This document shows positions 1 to 10,000 of a stretch of 64,000 bases of DNA, piece after piece (the first letter of the stretch is position 1; each line of letters begins with the position of its first letter). The DNA is taken from positions 62,001 to 126,000 of the forward strand of contig NW_003314366.1 of assembly GCF_000143415.4 (NCBI RefSeq), read 5' to 3'. The stretch comes from Selaginella moellendorffii (lineage: Eukaryota > Plantae > Lycopodiophyta). The notes beneath the pieces were generated by a model. That model did not search any database and was not told the DNA's origin. It was given only the letters and a program-made list of their open reading frames with translations. The translations under genes were made by a program, and so were the position numbers.

Positions 1-3000
1 ACACACTTCCTTTTCCGGAATTTGTTAGCGTCCAACACATTAGTGTTCCTCGCCTAACTTTGTCACTTGGATTCCTTCCAAGGGATTCCACGGCCCTATC
101 TTGGCCACCCATCTTTTGCTCCTATCCGTTGATTGTTGCACCAAGCAACATCGAATCTCTACCTCCCTCCTTGAGGTATTCTTTTGATTCCATAGCAAAG
201 GCTCTGCTTTGCCAAGACTAGGGTGTTCGCCCCTAGTAAGTCTCTTTAGCATCTTCTGTTGTGGGCTCTATCCACGGCCCAACTTTGTGACCCTCCCATG
301 GGTCTCTTTAAAGACTACTTTCCTTGGACACACTATGCCATCGCAATGACATAGCTCATTTCCCTAGGGTGCTTTTCCCACTTGGTCACCTTGACCAAGC
401 CACACCATCATTAATAGTTCAAATCAACACTTTGAACTAGGAACCTTATTCCTTAACCCAAACAAGGACCTTGTCCTTATTTAGCCACAAGATCACCTAG
501 TGATCTCACCTCGGCACCTTAACAGGTTTGCCAATAGGTACTAGGTCTTCCAGACCTTTAATTGGTTAACTACAACCCCGGGGGCATCCCCCACACTTGG
601 CGGTGCGCCCAAGCCAGCCCTTTCGGCCAAGGGTCCATAGCAACTGAGATTAGGTGTTCCCATCTCACTCACCACGTCCTTGGTGCCACTTGCACCAAAG
701 CGTTCAAGTTAGATATGCCGAGCTTTCACACTAAGCAATCTAACCATGCATCACGACTCCGAGGCATCCCTCGCTTGGCGGTGTGCCCAAACCAGTCTCC
801 CCACTGAGAGTCCATGACCACCGAAATATGAGTGTCCTCATATTCCAAACCATCACCACGCCCTAGTGATTTGGGACTCGAACCCAAGCACTAGAGGGTC
901 GGGACTCGAACCCAACCTCTGTATATGCATCTACGGACGGCATCACACAAGATGCCTGGCGTGACTCCCCACGCCGGTGCACCAACTTTTATTTAAAGCG
1001 CGCTACAAATCACAACTTAGGAACCTAGTTCCCCCGCACTGCCAAGTCCTCTCACTTGGCAAGCCTGTGATCATGCATGGACTCCTCCATGCTTGGCCCC
1101 ATGGCCCACCCTTTTTGAAGTTATCACCTTCAATTAGGGTATTTGTTCCCCTGACTTGCCAATCTCGCTTGGCAAGTCCTCCGACCACTGTAGCATGGTT
1201 CCTGCATAAGCGTGAAAGTCCTTGACCATCGACTTTCGTTCAAAGCCCTCTCTTTGAACACTCAGGAACTACTTCCCTAACCTTGATAGCCTTGCCTCAT
1301 GGCAAGCTTCAAGACCACGCTTCTGCTGCGCCACTCTGATTTCGCGCGTTCCATGAACCATTTACACTTGGCCTTTCTAGGTACTAAGCTACCTAGAATC
1401 GTCTTTGGGAACCTTGAAGGAACTCTGTCCCTCAGCTTGCTAAGGCCTCCCTTTTTGCAAGCCTTCCAAATGCCACATAGTCTAACATGGACAATTCCAT
1501 AACTTAGACTCTCCATGGCATCACGGTTGCTAGCGGCAACACCCTCGAGCCCCCACTTGATTCTCCACTCCCAGCTGGCATAACCAACCTTGGTTATGCC
1601 CTTCGATTTCTATGGTTCAGTTCCATCCCAATACTACTTGCCTTTTGGCCCCATATGTTTCCTTTGGTTATTCTCCTCCAGACCAGGAGGATAGCTTTGC
1701 ACTTTCTATCATGCCTTAGCAAGTATTCTTAGGGATGAACCTACCCAATAGCCCAGGGAGTGGTTCCTCAATCCGGGTATGCTCACCTTATAGTCCCACA
1801 CACTGGGATTACATTGTTGCTTATGGGCCTTTACATGCCCATCACTAGCCTTGCCAAAATTCCATTTTTGGCTTTGTCCAACTCGGGTAGACAGTCCTCT
1901 CTTGTCTCCGCAACCTTGGACATTTGGATAGCACCTTCTATCCATCATTCGTTAGGGACTTAGTCCCTTGGGCTTTATCCATTGCCCTTGCGACATCAAA
2001 CACCACCTTCTAGTGTTCTAGAGCGTTCGGGTGTCCCAATGATGGCTTTCTTGACAATGAGTATTTCCTTTTATGACATTGACTTACTATATCGCAACAT
2101 AAGCAACTTATCCCCCGTAAAGGTATATCCGACTTCCCTATGCTAGAAGTCTTAGGTAGCTACCTTCTACCCGTTTAACCAGTTATTTTGCACCTTTTGC
2201 TTAGTTGCCTCATAGTTGTCAAGTCCTACAACTCATTGTTTGGTGCTTTCACACCTCCATCATTATCTGGGTCACCACACTCCAACTGTATGCTCTGCAG
2301 CTTAGGCTATGCCATTCCCATTTCCATTGGGATTCCTTTGGCAAGGGGTTCTCATGAACCCACCAACATAGCCTCAAGGTACCACACCTTGGCACATTTG
2401 GTGTCTCCACACCATCGGCTCCACGAGCTTACCTCTATGACACTTCCCCTTCGTGTTTAAGTCTTTGCCAAGACCAACACCGCTCTTTCTCAGGCCAACC
2501 ATCCGTTAGCACTGCACCATAGAGGTCACACACAACTTTGTGTCAAAGTTGTTTTCTTCTGGGAACACCTTTCCCATAACTTTAGCATGGCACATTTTGC
2601 CATCGATGAGATACCCTCTGTTCTCATCCTTGGATCCTATGATCCCCCCCCCCCAATCCTTCATGGGGTACAACACACCTCAGTCCAAATGCTCCAATCA
2701 GTCCTTTTAGGACCTTTCCTTGACTCTACTTGAGTCATCCAGCAGTTTTGGACTTGGTTCATCCACAGACCCGTAAGGTCCCACTTGTGAGGCACTAGCT
2801 CACTGGAATACACTTCCTGCATTCCTGTCCTACTCAGAAGGACTATTTTCACAAGTGTTACTCTGACACTTGTTTTTGTTCTCTGGGGCAACCTCTGCCC
2901 CTTAGGACTACTTGTCCATGTGATGAGAATACCAACTCATCTCTAAGTACACCCCCCAACTCCTTGGGTTGTTCCAGCATTTATTACAGGTAGCCCCGGC

Positions 3001-3446
3001 TACCATTTCAAGGACTTGAGTCCTCTTCCGTATTTGACCTCCCACGGTCATTACTTCTGGTCTCATATTCATGAGCACCAACCTCAACTATATGAGGATA
3101 ATCTTGTGACTCCCTTATTGCTTTGGAGTCTTTATCTTTTCTGTGATCCCAACTTTAGTTGTTTACCACAACTAAATTGGCCCGTTTGCTGAGTCAAACG
3201 CTCATTTGGATCACCTCCTCAACTCAATGAGGAAAACCTTGCACTGTTCCCAAGATCCCAAAGTCGTTCCATTATTGGCCCCTTTTCTATCCACCACCTT
3301 GTCTACAAGTTCACACATGAACTGTAATGGAGAGCCATGTCTTCCCGACCTGCTACTCCTCAAGGATAGGCCCACTTCTCGGACCTTCCGTTGCCAACAC
3401 CAGTGGTGATATACTTGAGCACCAATAAAAGTCGGACTAAGGAACA

Positions 3447-3458
3447 GCTCCGATACCA
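3447..3458 (-). promoter_or_regulatory. Primer-binding site (tRNA-iMet) of family A copy 1
   Basis: Minus strand reads LTR end ...TACA-ACT-TGGTATCGGAGC, the canonical plant iMet PBS. Same site at 14996-15007 and ~26935-26946. Confidence 0.85.
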
Positions 3459-3461
3459 AGT

Positions 3462-4521
3462 TGTAAGCGACTAAATTTTTCCATTCTACTTTAGTCACTT
3501 AACCACACCTCTGACCACTTGGAGGAGTCTCATTCACAACCTCCATAAGTCCAATCCAGGACTTGGGACTTGCTAGCCCCGAGAATGGCATCCATGCCAC
3601 TCAACATTTGCACTTGGTCCAAGTGCTCCACGTGTCCGATCCCATGACCGACACTCAAAGGTACCACCGACATAGCAGCCCGTTACGCTAAGGCCATGCC
3701 CAATCACCTTTGCCACACTGGTAGTCCAATACCACTTGCATCACCGTCTTGGCTCTCCAAGACTAGGCAAACCATCCGTGAGTGGTCATCTCAGATCCAC
3801 TCCTTAGCATCCTTAGGATGCCCACCGACAAGGGGAATAACCTTCCCCAATATCCCTCTGTCAGTCCCCACTAAGTCCCTTTCTGCCCCTGGCCGTGTTT
3901 GCCAACACTACCACTGGATCGAGACCCACAAGCCCGACCACTAAGTCCCACGGTCCTCTGGGACTTCCTCACCACACGACTGTGTCCTTGGTCACTACCC
4001 CAGAGGACTGCTCCTCTTCCTTTCCACAGTCTGGGCCTTTGGGACAACATTTCGGAACACCGTGGCCTTACGCGAGCCACCTGGGTACTCTCCTCGCCTT
4101 CTGCCCTTGGGTGCTCTAGCCATAGGCTTAGAGCGGGTTCCGTTGAGCCACACCAGGTATCCAAGTAGGTAGTGCCACCCACACTTGGACTGGGAGCATC
4201 GGCCAGTCGATCTCCCGGGGGAACTAGAGCCGGCTCTTGAACACTTCACCAAGCTACCCCGCTTGTCGGTCTGTGTTCACTCTAGTCTTGGACTTCCCAG
4301 TGGGCAGCTCATCACCCAACACTGGGTCCGGCCTTCCTGGGCCAAACTGGCCTTTCCTGGCCAAACTGGCTCCACTGCAGTCCTCCCCCTACTATACTTT
4401 TGGAGCTCACCAAACCCCCCAGGGTCTGGGAGACGAACGCTTTGGGCTTTCACCCTCTCAGACTCGAACTCGGACTCGGACTCGAACTCGGACTCGGACT
4501 CGGTCTCGGTCTCGGTCCCGA

Positions 4522-4553
<32 letters not shown>

Positions 4554-5286
4554 CCGGTCTCGGTCTCGACTTCGGACTCCATCTCGGGTCCATCTCGGAC
4601 TCCATCTCGGACTCCATCTTGGACTCCATCTCGGACTCCATCTCGGGTCCATCTCGGACTCCATCTCGGACTCCATCTCGGGTCCATCTCGGACTCCATC
4701 TCAGACTCCATTTTGGGCCAGGGGCAGAAAGGGACTTAGTGGGGACTGACAGAGGGATATTGGGGAAGGCTATTCCCCTTGTCGGTGGGCATTCTAAGGA
4801 TGCTAAGGAGTGGATCTGAGATGACCACTCACGGATGTTTGCTTAGTCTTGGAGAGCCAAGACGGTGATGCAAGTGGTATTGGACTACCAGTGTGGCAAA
4901 GGTGATTGGGCATGGCCTTAGCGTAACGGGCTGCTATGTCGGTGGTACCTTTGAGTGTCGGTCATGGGATCGGACACGTGGAGCACTTGGACCAAGTGCA
5001 AATGTTGAGTGGCATGGATGCCATTCTCGGGGCTAGCAAGTCCCAAGTCCTGGATTGGACTTAGGGAGGTTGCGAATGAGACTCCTCCAAGTGGTCAGAG
5101 GTGTGGTTAAGTGACTAAAGTAGAATGGAAAATTTAGTCGCTTACACTCACCAAACCCCCCAGGGTCTGGGAGACGAACGCTTTGGGCTTTCACCCTCTC
5201 AGACTCGAACTCAGACTCGGACTCGGACTTGGACTCGGACTCGGACTCGGACTCGGACTCGGACTCGGTCTCGGTCTCGGTCCCGA

Positions 5287-5324
<38 letters not shown>

Positions 5325-5857
5325 CCGGTCTCGGTCTCGACTTCGGACTCCATCTCAGGTCCATCTCGGACTCCATCTCGGACTCCATCTTGGACTCCAT
5401 CTCGGACTCCATCTCGGGTCCATCTCGGACTCCATCTCGGACTCCATTTCGGGTCCATCTCGGGTCCACCTCGGACTCCATCTCGGACTCCATCTCGGAC
5501 TCCATCTCAGGTCCATCTCGGACTCCATCTCGGGTCCATCTCGGACTCCATCTCGGGTCCATCTCGGACTCCATCTCGGGTCCATCTCGGACTCCATCTC
5601 GGACTCCATTTCGGGTCCATCTCGGACACTTCCACGTGTCATGTGTTGGTTCTTTTGGGTCCCTTTTTGGAGCTCGCTTTTTGCTCACTTCGTGCTCGTT
5701 CCTCAAGCACTTCGTTGGGAGTTCCACTCCCGCTCTTGACTTTTCAAGTCGGAGCTTTTGGTCCAAACGTGTTACGCTCGTTTGGCTCTCGCTTCGGCCA
5801 CTACCACGTGGCGCCCTTCCGGCTCCACTTTGGGGCCTAGGGATTTTGTGTCTCACA
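3462..5857 (-). repeat. 5' LTR of family A copy 1, containing an internal inversion/duplication
   Basis: TG...CA termini; homologous to LTRs 21118-22872 and 26950-28710. 4716-5146 is the reverse complement of 3462-3894, and 4406-4715 is repeated from 5147. Confidence 0.85.
4458..4712. repeat. LTR-internal tandem array (GACTCG)n-(GTCTCG)n-(TCTCGGACTCCA)n
   Basis: Visible hexamer and 12-mer periodicity. Recurs at ~5200-5625, ~22115-22640, ~27946-28480 and in degenerate form at ~15545-15670. Confidence 0.95.
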
Positions 5858-5924
5858 GATACTTGTCACGGACATGGGGGATATGGATGCGTTCCATGCC
5901 TTTATATCAGGTTTGCAAACCTGA
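5858..5924 (+). pseudogene. Ty3/gypsy gag fragment, left part (target site of elements A and B)
   Basis: Translates ILVTDMGDMDAFHAFISGLQT and joins in frame to WARGEVMRWNPTNYKEALDAAIKVH at 13180 once element B is removed. Resembles the chromovirus gag F..GL.PW...L...A..AA motif. Confidence 0.7.
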
Positions 5925-7071
5925 TGTCGCGCATGTGACTTCGGGTATCGAAAGTTACCTGTCGACCAGTCCTTACGGACACTCTTACCTTACTGCCACG
6001 ATGGCAGGAGGTCGGTATTGCTGGACCCTTTATTAGCCCCTCTTGTGCTAGTGGAGTTAACTGGGCATTTCGAGTGTACTTAGACCGGACGAGCATAAGG
6101 ACGGAATTCCTACGTGTTATTAGCTAAGCATACTTAGCCCGGTAAGGAGTTCCCGTCTCGTTTTGTCTTGCACTTGCTAGTGACAAGAACCTTCGCGTAT
6201 TGAGATTGGTCCCTCAATATCGCTAGATGATAGCTTACCGTGTCTGCCAAACACCCTCGCTATCATGCCCTTTGTGTTAGTCTTATTTCGGTCCCAAATA
6301 CTATTTATAGAAAGTGTCTAGATTCGCTCATTTGGCATATCTACGGAATGTAGAGATCGGCCTGAACACAATGGTGTTTGTCCCATGTCCAAATTCGCAA
6401 TCTAGCGCCATTCCATATTTAGTAAGTTTCGCGCTTGTCCCAGAGACTAACTCCTGGTACTAAGGGTAGGCTTGGGGTGAAAGCCCAAAGCGTGTGTTCC
6501 TCAAGGGGGGGGGGCTATGGGGGGTTCCAAATGTATAGTAGGGATAGTGGGTAGGTCGGGCATGGCTGACCAACCTGAGGCATAGTCTAGCTCCCGCTTG
6601 CGTGCCTGTCCTTGTTCTGCGTCCGGCTTGGGTCTAAGCCCAAGTTCCATTCCATGCTAGTTGGTGGAGTACCCATGTCCTCGCATTAGGCCACCGGTAT
6701 GCCGAAATAGCGCCAGACTCTGTTTGGCTCCGTTTTGCGTGCTGGTCCTGGCATTGGGATGCTGGTTACTCTAGGACTGTTCCAAGTCGCTCCGGGCCCC
6801 TGTCCCTTCGCTCCTTGGGCTTTATGCTCGGGAGTTGCTCCGTGGTTCGGTTCCATCACTCCTTGGCTCCATGCTTGGGAGTTTGGAACCGTTCCTTCGT
6901 TCAATGGCCCAAGGCCTTGAACCTCGGGTTCCTATGGACACGTGGCATGGACACGTGGCATGTGACACGTGGCATCTGTCACGTGGCACAAAGAGGGTTT
7001 AGGTTCCGCTTCGTGGTGTTATCCTATGGTAAATCACCATAGGATAAAGGGTAAAAACCACGTGCGCTACA
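5925..7071 (+). repeat. 5' LTR of element B (1147 bp)
   Basis: Near-identical to 12046-13179: about 5 C/T substitutions and one 13-bp indel by eye. Confidence 0.95.
6936..6990 (+). promoter_or_regulatory. Cluster of four G-box/ABRE motifs (CACGTGGC) in LTR B
   Basis: GGACACGTGGCATGGACACGTGGCATGTGACACGTGGCATCTGTCACGTGGCAC; three copies in the 3' LTR (~13057-13097). Confidence 0.6.
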
Positions 7072-10000
7072 TTTGGTATCAGAGGATGAGTCTCAGCGAG
7101 TACTATTCAATGAGATTGGGCAACTAGTCTCGTTGCATACGCAGAGATGAAAACGATGATCCGAGTGGGTACACGTTTGATGCAAAGGGTTCACATTCGT
7201 TCCTTGGGTATGGTTTTGGTTACCTTTTGTACCTAATAATGTGAGCTTGCGCTTAGGCTCACAAGAGGGTTGAGTTTTTCCGTTCGCACGAGTTTGAGCT
7301 TGGACTCGTGAGTGAGGCGCATTAGCAACTCAAGGTTACACTTTGAGTTGGCAGGATTAATGTTAGCCTATCAGTGGTTCAATGAGTTGTTCCTTGTACC
7401 ATGGGTAAAAGCAAACTTTCCCTGAGTTTGCTATGAGTGGCAAATAGGCTAGTCCGTAGCTGTTTAGCACGGCACTAGTGGATCCTTCCTAGGCATGGTG
7501 ATAAGTGGATCAATTAAGATTGTAGGGATAAGTCTATTGGTTCAAATAATCATTGCCGTGCTCTCTCATAAACTTTTCTTCGATTGAACTAAAGGCAGTG
7601 CAAAAGCAAGTTTGAGGTTAAGTCAAAGATGAGACCGAAAAGAGAGTCATTAGGGACGAAGGATCAAACACGTAAATCATTTTCTCTTCCAGAAAGATGA
7701 TTTGCAACGAGGTGTGACTCATTGCTCGTGTTCACATTATGCAATCAAGAGTCCCTACCTTGATGTATGTTGGAAATGATAGTCTTACAAATGGCAAGTT
7801 GTGGGATGGATAACGGTGAAGCGTTATACCATTTTGTCTAGGCTTGCTATTGGAAGACTTGGGTTGCAATGCTCAATTCTTTTCCAGGGAATCTTGCTAT
7901 TGCTCCTTGAGTAGCTTGGTGTTGGATTAGTTTTGAGTTTGGTCGGAAAGAGAGTGGCATGACCTTGTCCGTGTTGTGAACAAAAGTTAGTGGTGTTAAG
8001 TGTTATAAATCTCTATCGATAAAGTGTGGCATTTATGTTGCATTTTGTCAAATCGAGTTGACACTTGATACTCACATAAACCTTTGAAGTAATGACATTG
8101 GCATTGCTCATATTGTTGCTTGATTGATGATCAAGTCATTGTGATACTTATATCATATCCATGTGATAATGAGCAATGTGTTTACGAAGTTGCTTGGTTA
8201 ACGATGATCAACCCCAAAGTGGTTGATGGTGAAGCTAGTCTACTTGCACGAGTAGCATTGTAGTAGCTTTGACTGAATTCTCAATGGTGGTCCATTATGC
8301 TAAGCTTAAGTTGGTTCCTTGTTCCTTGAGGATTTGCCCATAAGGTGTTGGAAAGGGTTGTAGCATTCATTTGCTATAGCTCATTAGTTGATCCGTTAAC
8401 ACTTGGAGTAGATTGTTGGATAGAGAAGGTGTGAGGTTGAGGCATTGACATTACTAGCACTTGTGTTAGTGGAAGTGGCATTATTATTTTAAGTGATGAG
8501 GAATTTTCCTTAGAGCTTGATTTTTCATGTCATTTTTCTTGTTAGTGTTTTGGCTTCACATTGGATTTTGAAGGTGGTTGAAGAAAAGTGTTAGTGCGAT
8601 GTGGATATCCGAAGATGTGGTCTTCGTGATCAAGCCTTGGATGTTCACTTTGCATTTTGCGGATGTTGGTGTTGGATGTCAGAAGTATGGGCAAAAAGAT
8701 GTTCGATGCTTAGACATACTGTGGATCTCGAGAATTGGTGTTGAGGTGAACCTATGTGAAATTGTTAGTAGGAGGAAGTTGGTTGAGTCTTGAAAGTTTG
8801 CATTCCTGGATTGAGAGTCATTCTTTCTCTAGGATGGAAAATTTTCCACAAATTTTCTTAGACTTTTCCAATGGCTGATCTGTTGGTCACTTTGGCCGAA
8901 AACCATTCCGTTTTCGTAAGCCAGTACAAACTAGTGAAGGGGTTGGAGTTGACTTTGGTTGGCTTAGACCTTAGTAAGTAGTTTGTATGATGTAGCCCGA
9001 AAGGGATGCTAACTTTTGGGGCTAAGGCAATTGAGTTGGATAGAGTCTGGAATTGGTGTAAAAAAGTGGCCGTTGCACTTTTCTAAGAAAGATGACCCTT
9101 GTGTCGTTCTTCTAGCGTTTGCTTGGTGGCAGGTTGCACCTTGCATTTCATTAGACTCTATGAGAGTAGTGAGCTCTCACTAATCTTGACTTAGTCTTGG
9201 TAGCCCTGCGCCTTGGCTGAGGATGGTGATGTCCAACTTAGTTGTTTAAGTTTGAGATGTTGGTACCCGTACTATAGCTTTGTCTAAGTGGAGGTTGTGT
9301 ACCGATATGAGTCCATCTCATGGTCTTCACTTTAGTTTCAACTGAGTGTTGATCATGCATAGCTAGCCTCTTCAAGGCATGCTCAAAGCTATTGCCTAAA
9401 TGCATTAGTGAGCTTATTGCGGTTGAGTTGGATTCAAGTGGTCATTTAGTTTATGCTTGTCCATGAACCTTTATCTCATATTTGGGGTATTACGTTTATG
9501 TTGGATAAGTATATGACTCAATGGCAAGAGTTTAGTGTTTGGGTCTTGTGAAGGCAAGTTGAAGAGTGATTGCTCGTTGCTTTGCAACTAGTGATTACTT
9601 GTAGACTTCGTCAAAGACTGTTAACACTTGCTTCACTCGATGATGATTTAACAGTGATGGGTTTGCTTTACCGGATGGTGTTACGGAGGATCGTGTCGTT
9701 AGATTTACATGGGTTTTCCATGTTGGCATATCGACTCTACCTTTGTCGATATCATTTGGTTGCGTTTAGTTCATAGTGTTGGATTTCATGGAGTCTTGGA
9801 TGTGGTGATTCACTCCTTGAGGAAATGTTATCTATAGTTGAGTATTGTTGAAGGATTAGTCTCGGATACTGAGTAAAGTATCTTCGACTTTGGTTAGTTT
9901 GGTTGCAAGAGAGTTTTGAGTGGTGATTCACTCTTGCTTTCTTCTAGCTTTGTGATGGTGTTGATGGCATTGAAGTGGTGCCTTGTCGTTGACAATATTA

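Larger units (their letters stand above)
1..5857 (-). mobile_element. Non-autonomous LTR retrotransposon family A, copy 1 (left end runs off window; non-coding internal region plus rearranged 5' LTR)
   Basis: Internal region 1-3461 aligns with ~23480-26949. PBS at 3447-3458 abuts an LTR running from TGTAAG (3462) to ...TCTCACA (5857). No long ORF. Confidence 0.85.

Noticed and set aside
863-919. Complete tRNA gene
   Set aside because: Only T-arm-like hairpins; no D-arm, anticodon arm or acceptor arrangement seen.
4560-5625. Regular repeats as a CRISPR array
   Set aside because: No unique spacers; eukaryotic LTR minisatellite.
4185-5938. Long ORFs rich in SR/RT/LG/SD repeats (also 21839-22892 and 27723-28811) resembling SR proteins
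   Set aside because: Stop-free translations of LTR hexamer/12-mer arrays, open in most frames on both strands.
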